From a virus (Duplodnaviria > Caudoviricetes), in IMG/VR virus record IMGVR_UViG_3300043436_000184, positions 1 to 44,889 of that record: a stretch of 44,889 nt of DNA, one strand, 5' to 3'. Made by a program: the position numbers and the translations under genes. Under the pieces are notes generated by a model that saw only the letters and a program-made list of their open reading frames with translations, searched no databases and had not been told where the DNA came from. Shown piece by piece: positions 7,522 to 17,100 of the stretch. Positions within the stretch are counted from its first letter, which is position 1. Each line of letters starts with the position of its first letter.

Positions 7522-10500
7522 ATTGCCCGTACTCTTCCATCAACTGCGCCCGCATCTTGCGATCCAGCGTCACTCCATCTATTGACTCACGCTCATTACG
7601 ACGGCGAGTCTGGTAAGACGAAGCTATGGTGTCTGGAGTGATGCGCTTGCCGGGGTTCTTTTCGTTAAAGGTACCGATCTGATCCCGGACTTCATCCACT
7701 CCATCCACATCGCCCGACATACGTGCAGCATCTAGTTTGTCCAGCAGGGCACCGCGACGCTCAAGGATGGTTTTCTCAGCAGTCTTCATGGCACCAGCAC
7801 GTGCTTGTGCTTCCGCAAGATCAGATGGGTTGAAACCAAACACTTGCATAAACGTGTTGTACGCACCGATGTTGTCAACGATAGGTGTGCCGTCTTTAGT
7901 CAGAGCACCTTCAGTACCGAGACGGAACGCCTTCATACCGTTACGTACAAACGATGGGACAAGTGCTTCCATACCACGCTCGATTTGCCCTTCGTTGATT
8001 AACTTCAATCCACGTTCTGCACTGCGGAAGGCACCATACGCAGGACCAGCAGCTTGCTCCAATGCATACAGGGTGGGGCCAACCTCGGACAGACGCTTCG
8101 GATCTTCACGCCACAACAAACCATTGAAGCCGGTACGTGAGGCAATGTCCACACCAAGCAACTGATTGATCGGACCCTTGTAGCCAATGTCACCGAAGGC
8201 TGCGCGAATCTCAGCGTCCATATCGAACGGCTCATCATCGTCACCCATCATCATCTCAGCCAGCAGTGACACTGCACCGTACATCGGCATACCCTGCAAA
8301 CCGGCGAATGCGTAGGCCATACCGGAAATACCCAGCAACTGCCTACGTGCAATCCGTTTTGTTTCAGGGTCTGCGCCACGGAAGGCTTCGTTGAACAATC
8401 TACTCAGCAGGTAAATCTGAGACTGTGCAAACCGTTTGAAGGTGAAGGCAACCTTACCAATACCTTGCTGGAAGAACCGTGGGCCAATCTCTGCCAGTGA
8501 GGCACCGTGCGCATCGTTTACAACCTTGAGCGCCTCGTTGATAGCTTCGTTTACATCCTTACCATTCTGACGTGCCAGATCAAAGGCAGCGATCAGTGTG
8601 ATTTCACGGTTGGCACGTTCGGAGTTTTGGAATATCCAACCAAGCCCGTGTTCAATCTTCGCCCGCTTGCCGGTGTAGTCTTCAACGGAAGTATTACGGG
8701 CTTCAGTAATCTCATACCCGGTTGATCTACGGATAGCAGCACGGGCTACGGCAACATCGTACAACTGCTTGTACTCACCCTTGGCGTTGGTACCGAAGGT
8801 ATGGTCAGGCAGGAACTCGCTGTTGTTATCCTTGCCGCCTTTGTAGTACATGCCTGTAGCGCGTTGCATCGCTGCCGCTGCCTTATCAAACCCGTACTTA
8901 CCACCCAGCATTGGGTACACCACGATAGGCAACTGAGTTAAGTTGACCACTGCCGACGAGACGTTACCGGCGATATACATCATGTAGCTGAAGTAGCTGG
9001 CCTTAGACACCAGACTACCGTTGACCGGATTGCGCAAGAACTCCAACTGCTGTTCAATATTACCCACCACATCACGGATTGCAGTAGTGGGTGTTTCAGT
9101 GGCCTCTTGCCGAATACCTGCAACGGAAGATTCTACGGGATCGGCGTACTCCAAATTACTAAGCTGTTGTGCCATCTTGCTGGCAACGTTTGCATAGGCT
9201 TGGAACACGTCTTCGTTAAAGCCAGCCACACCCTCACGTTTGCGGAACTGCTGACGCAGCGACTCGGCTGGGAACAACGACAGATATGCCTGATATACGT
9301 TATCAATGACCGCAGGGTCTACCTTGTTCTGCACCAACTCTGCAATTACGGAACCCATAAAGCCGGTAGGTGGGGCAGTGCGGAAAGAAATCTGGGACAG
9401 ACGGGCATGGGCTTTTAGTTCCGTACCTCCAGCCTTCAGTGCTTTATCCGCAGCAAGCGCACGTTCCCGTGGGCTATCAAATGCCATAGACACCCGCTCA
9501 CCTGTAGCATCTTTAAACGTCAGCCAGTAATCGCCTTGACGAGTCAGGGGCAAGTAAACCTTCAAGCGGCCAGACTCAAACATGGTGCGCATCTTAGACG
9601 CTGCACTGCCAGACAAGTTCTTGGTCAGGAGGTCCATAAACTCTTTGGCGCTATCGTCGTACTCTTTACGCATCCCGGCGTACACATCCTGCAACCCCTG
9701 CGGTAACTGCTTGAACTGCTTGGTCAGCGGATTGTTTGCCTGTGCTGGGTCGAGCACATCGATCTGATCCAACGTGGTCTTGTTGGCAATATCAAAGAAC
9801 GTTGGCAGCGAAGCCTTGTGCTGGTTGGCAATCTTGTACCACTTCTGGATGTTCTCGCTGACGTGCTGTCTACGGTTCATCAGGCTAGTGGCCCGGTTTT
9901 CAAGCGCAACGATCAACTTGTTTATAGATGGCAGTTCACCACCATAAACTTCCGCAATCTGCGGCATCGTCATGAAGCCCAGCGCCGCACTCAGTATCGA
10001 GTCAGGTATCTTGGAGAATGCGTTGAGTGCACCTTCCTTGATGTCGTTAGCAAACGGCGGCAGGTTATTAATATCCCCGGTAATACCACTAAATTGGTTC
10101 TGCGCTTGCTTGCGATACGAGATACGCTTGTCCGTTGGACTCCATGTGCCCTGATTGAACACAGACTTGATCTGACTGCTGTCGTAGACAGCGAGGTTCT
10201 TGCGACTACCCTCAAAAACGTAGAACCCGTCAAAGCCAGCCTCTTTGATCGCGGACTGCACCTGCGGCGATTCGATCAAACTCCACGCACCGGATTTGAT
10301 TACTGGAATTTCTTCGCTATAGAGATCTTTACCTGTACTAGTGTTTAGTAATTTTGCTACGTGATCTGGGTTTTCATAATCAAACGGGTTCTGTGTGCTA
10401 ACGTAGACTGGAATAATATTTTCATTAGTTTGAATATGTGGTTCCATGAACTTTCTAAGGTATGGGTCAATCCCATACCGGTTCATGTTGCCGTTAGTCA

Positions 10501-13500
10501 TTGCTGTCTGATAAGCAAACTTCGCGTCTTCTACAGAAATTACACCATTTTTCCGGGCAAGACGTAATGCGTCCTTGATGACCTTATCTTTTATGTTGTC
10601 CGGCAATTTTTGAAATTCTTCGCGGACTATGTAATCCATCGACATATCCGAAAAACGTGCAGCAAACTTTGGACTGTCAGTCAAGAAAATAGCTCCCGCT
10701 TGCTTGGGGCGGAACTCTTCTATGTCACGGGCGGTGCCGTGGTACATAACTTTAGGTGAGCCGTCTGGGTTGCGCACCACAGACTTACCGAACCATTTTG
10801 TAAACGCATCTGTGCCGACACGATATGAAATGTCTTTACCACGGAATGCACTGATGCCTTCTCGCGTTGGGCCTGCGGCTACTACAAATCGTTGTGCGTT
10901 TGCCAGCAGTTCACGGATTTCAGTATCCGTAACCTTACTCATGGGTACGCCAAGACGGCGCAGGAACTGACGGATAGCATTAAAGACACGCTGTATAGCG
11001 TTGTTATACACACCCATCTCGGCCATCTCGGCCAGCACTTCCTCAACTGCTTCGTGCTTGGGCAGACCCGCAGCCATCTTTATCTTTGCAGCATCGCGCA
11101 CCTTAACGTTGCCGTTATAGATGTCGTCCATCACCTTGCCGTAGGTGTTACCCAATATGGACTGCAAACCAAAGTGGCCTAATGCTTCGTGGGCAAGTGT
11201 CAGTTTTGCTTCAACGTCGTTGGGGATATTGTCCGCAATCAGATAAACCGTTTTGGTATTTGGATCGTACAAGCCCGGTGCGCTGAACGCATTGTCCCGC
11301 ACCATCTGCTGATACAGCTTCGGTGGGAGTTCCTGAATGTCCTGAATAACTTTAATAGCAGGCGCATTCTTCCAACGGGCAACGATGTTGTCTACGATCT
11401 TTTGCACCGCAGACTTAGGCATCCCCTCTTCGATTGGATCTTCTGGTGTACGGTACAACGCACGTTTGGTAGCCTCGTCGGTACCTTTGCTTTCGGCTGG
11501 TGTTTCTGTATCTTGTGCAGGTTGCTCTGTTACTGCGGGCAGTTCAGTAGGTTGCTCTGTTACTGCGGGCAGGTCAGTAGGTTGCGCCGCAAGTGATGGT
11601 TGTACTTCTGGTGCAACCGTAGACGACGCAGGGAGTGGCACCTCGGGGGCCGTAGGAGTAGCGGCAGTAGGTTGTTCAGCCAAAGCAAGTGGTTCACCAA
11701 CAGGGGCAGGGGTTTCTAGTGCAGTTGACTGTACCGGCGCTCCTGCATCAGGTTCTCCAGTAGTTGCTGGAGCAACATCCAATCCAGCGGGTCTAGGTGC
11801 TGGAGTTCCTCCGGGGGGTAAGGGTCCGGGCTGTCCAGCCACAGCAGGGCTTGGCTCAGTTGCTGCCACGACAGGTTCTGTAGGCTTGATGACATCGGTT
11901 GCCTCCGGGTATGCGGAAGGAAGAGTATCCAGAAATTTGCTGACTTCGGCAATAGCTTCAGCACTGCGGGTCGGTGCGTTGGCGTAGTCTGTTAATTCCG
12001 CACGTACCTGCTCTACCTGCACGGGGTCTTTCAGGTCTTTGTCTTTAGTAACCTGCTCGATCTTCTTTTCAGCGGGGGTTACTGTAGGCTCTTTGACAGG
12101 CTCAAGCACCCCACCACGTGGACCAAATAGCTCGCCCTGCTGCCCATAAATAGCAAACGCTTGTGTTGCAAGTGAATCTAATGCTGTCTTAGTATCTGCG
12201 GAGAGACGTGAATTACCTTTTGCCCGTTCCACAATTTGCATTACTGCATCGAGGTCTTGCAGGTCTTCTAAGTTCTTACCCAAAAGCTGTTTATACAAAC
12301 CAGATTGTTTTGGCAGGCCGGTGGCATCCAGTACATTTGGGTCAAGTACCGTAGGTGTTTGTTTTCCAGCGGCTTCTGTAGCGGCGGTAGCTTGAGTAGT
12401 TAGTGCATCGTACGCGTCTTGTAGTTCTTTATCTGTATATAGTACGGTGTTGCCAAGGGCTACTGGCCGTGCTTCCGCACCTCTCCGACGAGCTTCAATT
12501 TGCCCAGCAAGATATTCCCGCTGGTTTAGCAAGTCTTGAATCTCTTCCGGCGTTTTTACTGTAGTACCTAACGCGCTGGCTGCACCCATCTCCATACCGG
12601 GGAGAGTACCCTGCGTACGCTCAGAGATTGGCCGAGTCGGTTTATCTTCTTGGAATAGTCCAAGCTGACCATCTTCGGAAGGGGCTACACGCCCCGGTAG
12701 TTCAGGCAGTGCCTGTATCTGTTCTTGAATCTGGGCAAGTGCAGCGTTTGCGTCTTCTGCTTTTTTACGCAGGACATCGATCCGTGCAGGGTCAACAGCC
12801 ATCTGACCATTTGCCATCGCACCCATCTCAGCGTTAATCTGCTGAAGTACTCCACGAATCTGGCGGTCTTGATCTACAAGCGCACTACGCTGGTCGATCT
12901 GTGCTTGTTGGTCAATAGGTTGGCGCAGTGGGGAAAACTCAGGCCCCATTTCTGCTGCGGTAAACATCTCTCCCTGTGTGCCAGCAGGTGGACCTTCTGC
13001 GCCGGGTGGGGCTTGTTCCCCAGCACGTTCACGTAATCTCTCGCCAGCCGCACTGACTGTACCAAAACCACCACCAGCTACCGCACCACGGACGCTGGAC
13101 TCAACCATGCGATTGAATTCTTTACTGCCCCAGACACCCGCGTTCTCATCGACAAACTTTTCTGCTGCGATATTGATCGCTTCCTGCGCACCTTCTGTCA
13201 GACCTTCTTTTGCCGCAGTGGTAGGGACGGTTGCCAGCACCTTACGCAGCAGGCTTGGGTTCATGCCCGAGCGTTCAAGAATCTTTTCTGCAATAGTCAG
13301 CTTGAGCGGCTGTGTCATACCCTTCAGAACTTGTGCAGGCAACACTGCATCCAGCGCGGCGCTAACCGAACCAAACAACGCAGCGACACCCGGCTCAAGC
13401 TTGCCGGTTTCTTGGTACACACTCTGGAATACTTCAGGCGCATTTTGGGCGTACGAACCCAAATAGATACCAGTTGCTTGGCCTACAGCCTGACGCGCAG

Positions 13501-13975
13501 CAAGCTGCTCTGCGCCCAACGTAGCGGCACGAACACCGGCTTTTGCTGCAACCCCACCAACACCGCCTGAAGCAATAATGCCAAGAATATCAGGCGTGGT
13601 TTCACCGATGGTTTCCGCAGCGTACTTTAATGCGCTAGGAATATCTTTTACTTGTGTGTAAGACTCAAACTGTGCGGGGTTAGTTTCTTGGATACGTCGC
13701 TGCGTCTCAGCAGCTTCTCCCATCTGTCGTTCGGCGTACTCGTCAAACCCAAGTGCAGACCCCACCATAGCCGGGATGACATCACCAAACGTAGACCCCA
13801 TGCGGGTAAGGCCACGCTTCGCGCCCCGCATAAAAGTTTCCCCAATACCAAACTCAGGACCGGGGATTTCAAATTCGTACTTTTTTGACAGTTCTTGGAT
13901 GCGGGCATTAACCTGCTCTTGAGACATATTGTCCGCAAACTTTACCGGCCCGAGTTTAGGCAGATTAATGATCAT
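7520..13975 (-). CDS. Large polyvalent (probably virion-ejected) protein with zincin-like, ART-like and PLxRFG-like modules
   Basis: HEALGHFGL (11174-11191); FTKWFGKS...VMYHGT...IFLT...GFDG...SQIKS (~10112-10804); YLPLTRQGDYW (~9524-9557). Last gene of the virion operon. Confidence 0.8.
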   Translation of the reverse strand: MIINLPKLGPVKFADNMSQEQVNARIQELSKKYEFEIPGPEFGIGETFMRGAKRGLTRMGSTFGDVIPAMVGSALGFDEYAERQMGEAAETQRRIQETNPAQFESYTQVKDIPSALKYAAETIGETTPDILGIIASGGVGGVAAKAGVRAATLGAEQLAARQAVGQATGIYLGSYAQNAPEVFQSVYQETGKLEPGVAALFGSVSAALDAVLPAQVLKGMTQPLKLTIAEKILERSGMNPSLLRKVLATVPTTAAKEGLTEGAQEAINIAAEKFVDENAGVWGSKEFNRMVESSVRGAVAGGGFGTVSAAGERLRERAGEQAPPGAEGPPAGTQGEMFTAAEMGPEFSPLRQPIDQQAQIDQRSALVDQDRQIRGVLQQINAEMGAMANGQMAVDPARIDVLRKKAEDANAALAQIQEQIQALPELPGRVAPSEDGQLGLFQEDKPTRPISERTQGTLPGMEMGAASALGTTVKTPEEIQDLLNQREYLAGQIEARRRGAEARPVALGNTVLYTDKELQDAYDALTTQATAATEAAGKQTPTVLDPNVLDATGLPKQSGLYKQLLGKNLEDLQDLDAVMQIVERAKGNSRLSADTKTALDSLATQAFAIYGQQGELFGPRGGVLEPVKEPTVTPAEKKIEQVTKDKDLKDPVQVEQVRAELTDYANAPTRSAEAIAEVSKFLDTLPSAYPEATDVIKPTEPVVAATEPSPAVAGQPGPLPPGGTPAPRPAGLDVAPATTGEPDAGAPVQSTALETPAPVGEPLALAEQPTAATPTAPEVPLPASSTVAPEVQPSLAAQPTDLPAVTEQPTELPAVTEQPAQDTETPAESKGTDEATKRALYRTPEDPIEEGMPKSAVQKIVDNIVARWKNAPAIKVIQDIQELPPKLYQQMVRDNAFSAPGLYDPNTKTVYLIADNIPNDVEAKLTLAHEALGHFGLQSILGNTYGKVMDDIYNGNVKVRDAAKIKMAAGLPKHEAVEEVLAEMAEMGVYNNAIQRVFNAIRQFLRRLGVPMSKVTDTEIRELLANAQRFVVAAGPTREGISAFRGKDISYRVGTDAFTKWFGKSVVRNPDGSPKVMYHGTARDIEEFRPKQAGAIFLTDSPKFAARFSDMSMDYIVREEFQKLPDNIKDKVIKDALRLARKNGVISVEDAKFAYQTAMTNGNMNRYGIDPYLRKFMEPHIQTNENIIPVYVSTQNPFDYENPDHVAKLLNTSTGKDLYSEEIPVIKSGAWSLIESPQVQSAIKEAGFDGFYVFEGSRKNLAVYDSSQIKSVFNQGTWSPTDKRISYRKQAQNQFSGITGDINNLPPFANDIKEGALNAFSKIPDSILSAALGFMTMPQIAEVYGGELPSINKLIVALENRATSLMNRRQHVSENIQKWYKIANQHKASLPTFFDIANKTTLDQIDVLDPAQANNPLTKQFKQLPQGLQDVYAGMRKEYDDSAKEFMDLLTKNLSGSAASKMRTMFESGRLKVYLPLTRQGDYWLTFKDATGERVSMAFDSPRERALAADKALKAGGTELKAHARLSQISFRTAPPTGFMGSVIAELVQNKVDPAVIDNVYQAYLSLFPAESLRQQFRKREGVAGFNEDVFQAYANVASKMAQQLSNLEYADPVESSVAGIRQEATETPTTAIRDVVGNIEQQLEFLRNPVNGSLVSKASYFSYMMYIAGNVSSAVVNLTQLPIVVYPMLGGKYGFDKAAAAMQRATGMYYKGGKDNNSEFLPDHTFGTNAKGEYKQLYDVAVARAAIRRSTGYEITEARNTSVEDYTGKRAKIEHGLGWIFQNSERANREITLIAAFDLARQNGKDVNEAINEALKVVNDAHGASLAEIGPRFFQQGIGKVAFTFKRFAQSQIYLLSRLFNEAFRGADPETKRIARRQLLGISGMAYAFAGLQGMPMYGAVSLLAEMMMGDDDEPFDMDAEIRAAFGDIGYKGPINQLLGVDIASRTGFNGLLWREDPKRLSEVGPTLYALEQAAGPAYGAFRSAERGLKLINEGQIERGMEALVPSFVRNGMKAFRLGTEGALTKDGTPIVDNIGAYNTFMQVFGFNPSDLAEAQARAGAMKTAEKTILERRGALLDKLDAARMSGDVDGVDEVRDQIGTFNEKNPGKRITPDTIASSYQTRRRNERESIDGVTLDRKMRAQLMEEYGQ
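11519..11585. repeat. 30-bp tandem repeat (~2.2 copies) encoding QPT(D/E)LPAVTE
   Basis: AGGTTGCTCTGTTACTGCGGGCAG(T/G)TCAGT repeated within a Pro/Ala/Thr linker. Confidence 0.9.
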
Positions 13976-13987
13976 TTGTATGACCTA

Positions 13988-15625
13988 TTACAAAGTGGAT
14001 TCGTCACGTGCAGCGTGTATCAAAGCGTCGTTCTGGTCAAGATACTGTCCAATATATGCGCGTTGCGCTTGTTGCAGTTGCATTTGCGCATCGGGTACGT
14101 TCATATAAGTGTCCCCGTATTTTTGTTTCAGCATTTGATTTAGACGGCGGTTATCGTCACTACTTTCCCACATCTTACCCGCTTCTAACCGCAACTTACC
14201 AACCCGTGCTTGAGTCGCAGCGTCCATAGATTTCATTCGCTGCTCAGTAAGAGCCAACGACTTACTGTAATACGCGGCTTGGTTGGCAACTTGCTGTTGT
14301 TGGATTTTAATTTTTTGGCGTTCTAGATCGGCTTGTAGATCTTGTCCATACAGACTTATTTCACCTTGACTTCTAATCTTGGCACCTTCCATACCAAGTT
14401 GCGCACGTACTGTAGTAAACGTATTACGGTCTTTAACTGCCTCACGTTGCGCAGCTTCCACACGGTTAAGTTCGTTCTCACGTTTTGTGAGGTCTTTCTC
14501 GGCACCGGTCTGCTTGAACTGCTGGTCTGCCATACGGAAAGAATTAACCCGATCATCCAGTTTTTCTTCTGCGAGACGAAGTTCTTTACCGGCTTCACGA
14601 AGTTGAGCAAGTCCTTTGGTGCCTGCTTCACTTAATGTTTGAAACTCTTGCCCACGCCGCGCACCCAACAGCCCGAGACCCACTTGCATCAACGCCTCAC
14701 CTTTGGCTTCTTCTTTACGCCCCTTTAATTCTTTACGTTTGCCTTCTTCCTTCTCGATCATTTTGTTGTACATATCGGGGTCGATACCCATTGAACGCAT
14801 GTAGTCCATACGTTCTTTACCAATAGCAGGCAGTTCTTGCGCGGCACGAGTGCTAAACGCTTCTGGCTTTAGTTGAGTAAGGTCAGGAAGATAGCTTGCA
14901 GGATCAGGACGCTTCAATGCTGATGTGGATGGTCCAGTCGGTCCAGTAGATACACGAGGGCCATTGTTGCGCCCAGCGCGAGAAGTAGTATCACGACGTG
15001 GTGGTGCAGGTGTAGGCGCGGGTGCTGCATCAGTTTGTGTTGCGGTAGTTGGCACATTTTGTGCGGGTATTGGTTTTGGGCGGTACGGTTTGTAATTGGG
15101 ATCAAACAACATACCAAGCCGTTCATCCAGTCCGGGTTCATCTACCGCAACCCCACCAAAAAGGGGCATCCCCGTTGTGGGGTCGTACACTACGCTACCA
15201 TTGTCACCAGCGTACCCCGGTACTTCGCCGCCTTCGTCAAACGCAACGATGCCACCACCCGCGTAATCTTGTACTTCTACGGGGATATTAGTTAACCCAC
15301 CTGATGCGGCCATAACAGGTGGTTGTTCAACTGGAGCGCCCATTTGAGGGGGCGGCATTTGTGGTTGCGGTTGTGGCTGCGCTTGTGCCATCTGAGGTTG
15401 CGGTTGTGGCTGCATACCCATCTGCGGTGGTGGGGTTAAACCCAGCACGTCTTGCGCAACGGTAGTGGTCGGCGGCTGCGTATCTTCTTTGGCAATGCGG
15501 TCACGCATCATGCCAGCCATCACAGCTTTCTGTGGGTCGATCAGACCCGTCTGAGCCATATTGGCTAATTGCTTCTTGCTGTATTTAAGGGCAAGCGCCT
15601 TTATCTCTTGGATTCCGGGGATCAT
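13988..15625 (-). CDS. Putative internal virion/ejection protein
   Basis: Pro/Gln-rich N-terminal half, coiled-coil C-terminal half, position before the large polyvalent gene. Confidence 0.6.
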   Translation of the reverse strand: MIPGIQEIKALALKYSKKQLANMAQTGLIDPQKAVMAGMMRDRIAKEDTQPPTTTVAQDVLGLTPPPQMGMQPQPQPQMAQAQPQPQPQMPPPQMGAPVEQPPVMAASGGLTNIPVEVQDYAGGGIVAFDEGGEVPGYAGDNGSVVYDPTTGMPLFGGVAVDEPGLDERLGMLFDPNYKPYRPKPIPAQNVPTTATQTDAAPAPTPAPPRRDTTSRAGRNNGPRVSTGPTGPSTSALKRPDPASYLPDLTQLKPEAFSTRAAQELPAIGKERMDYMRSMGIDPDMYNKMIEKEEGKRKELKGRKEEAKGEALMQVGLGLLGARRGQEFQTLSEAGTKGLAQLREAGKELRLAEEKLDDRVNSFRMADQQFKQTGAEKDLTKRENELNRVEAAQREAVKDRNTFTTVRAQLGMEGAKIRSQGEISLYGQDLQADLERQKIKIQQQQVANQAAYYSKSLALTEQRMKSMDAATQARVGKLRLEAGKMWESSDDNRRLNQMLKQKYGDTYMNVPDAQMQLQQAQRAYIGQYLDQNDALIHAARDESTL

Positions 15626-16638
15626 GATTCATCCTTGCTCATGTTATACAGAGCCAAACCTGTCAAGCCACCATCAGCAAAATAACCCGCTTTCTGGGCA
15701 CCCATATACGTCGCCCCTAGACCTGCGACTTGCGCAAGAGGTGAACCCGGAGCTTGATACATAGTCTGTGCTTGTTGGGCTAGTGGTAAGCCACGCAGCA
15801 TGTCAGACATAAACGCCAACTGGGTATATGGGTGCTGGCGTTGCGCTTGGAAGTCTCCGTATTGCTGGGCTAGGCGTTGCTGCTCTAATGCTTGCTGCTG
15901 CGCACCCATGCTGGCTTGGCCTTGGATAATATCTTTCTGCTGACCAAACTGCGTCTGACCCAACTGCCCCAGCGTAGACGCCATCTGACCTGCGGCTTGC
16001 ATACCCTGCAATCCTAAAGTAGACCCAAACTGTTGCGCTCGTTGTGCGGAATCAAAAGCGGACTGCATACCTCTGTTGTAAATATCGGACTGAAGCTGCC
16101 CCAAATTACGCTGGCGTTCTGCTTCTACAAGACCAGAACGTGAACCACCAAAGGCACCTTGCTGAACAGCTTGTGCTTGATTCTGTTGGCCTTGAATAGC
16201 AGAAGCGCGTTCCGCCTCACGTATCTGGGGTGCTAATGCGCTCTCTATATATGGAGACATGTACGACTGCATCGCATAGGGGTTAGTTGCCATTTGTTGG
16301 TACTGTTGCCCAGCACCCATAGCACCCAGCCCGGCGAGTCCTGCCATCTGTGTAGCAGTTCCAAGTTGTTGTGCTGGCCCCAGATTAGCCATACCTTGCT
16401 GGGCTTGCTGCTGCATCGGAGTAAACCCTGCAATCCGTTCGCCTTGGTACGCTTGGTATGGAGCATTAGTAAGCGCCTCCGTCTTACCTATCATCTTCTC
16501 CACAGACGGCTTGGCGTAATCGGGAATTGACGTTTGAGTAACCGTTTGACTAGTTGGCGCTGGGGTACCGCCGCCGCCAAAATGGTATTCCCGTCTACCA
16601 TCGCTGGAGTAACCGTTAAATTTAGTCTTTATTAGCAT
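15622..16638 (-). CDS. Putative DNA-ejection/pilot protein
   Basis: Gln/Ala/Gly-rich helical protein with GAFGGSR motif, GGGG near the N-terminus and a hydrophobic Gly-rich C-terminus. Confidence 0.6.
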   Translation of the reverse strand: MLIKTKFNGYSSDGRREYHFGGGGTPAPTSQTVTQTSIPDYAKPSVEKMIGKTEALTNAPYQAYQGERIAGFTPMQQQAQQGMANLGPAQQLGTATQMAGLAGLGAMGAGQQYQQMATNPYAMQSYMSPYIESALAPQIREAERASAIQGQQNQAQAVQQGAFGGSRSGLVEAERQRNLGQLQSDIYNRGMQSAFDSAQRAQQFGSTLGLQGMQAAGQMASTLGQLGQTQFGQQKDIIQGQASMGAQQQALEQQRLAQQYGDFQAQRQHPYTQLAFMSDMLRGLPLAQQAQTMYQAPGSPLAQVAGLGATYMGAQKAGYFADGGLTGLALYNMSKDES

Positions 16639-16647
16639 GACTACACC

Positions 16648-17100
16648 CTATATCAATTTGGTAAACACTTTGTCGGTGTGTTTGTATCCAAGATATTCAA
16701 ATAATTTTGAGTTATCTAAGTATACTTTTGTTCCGTAAATAATTCGGTTTACGCCAATACGTTTTAACACTTCTTCAGCGTACTTAAACAGCCTAATGCC
16801 AACTCGGCCCTTACGAAATTCTTTTTTAACGTAGTAAATATCTTCGACAGCCGTCAAACAGGTTTTGTAGTGTATGTGTGGTTGAACAAAAAATATGATG
16901 TACCCAATTAATTCACCATCCGCCCTACAAGTAACGCAACGTAACATTCCAGCATCGTCGTATCTTTTGTACGCATCCCAATCAGGGTCCAAAGGAAAAT
17001 CTTTTACTGGGCACAATTCTTCATAATGCGACAAAAGAATTGGCTTCATTTCTTCTAAAAAAGAAAAAAAGTTTGTGTCTTCGTAAACAAGCGTTGTCAT
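16648..17100 (-). CDS. GNAT-family acetyltransferase
   Basis: YYVKKEFRKGRVGIRLF acetyl-CoA binding motif and LFEYLGY. Confidence 0.85.
   Translation of the reverse strand: MTTLVYEDTNFFSFLEEMKPILLSHYEELCPVKDFPLDPDWDAYKRYDDAGMLRCVTCRADGELIGYIIFFVQPHIHYKTCLTAVEDIYYVKKEFRKGRVGIRLFKYAEEVLKRIGVNRIIYGTKVYLDNSKLFEYLGYKHTDKVFTKLI

Noticed and set aside
7737-13888. Numerous + strand ORFs of 60-200 aa opposite the structural genes
   Set aside because: These are antisense shadows of long coding frames, without recognisable motifs.
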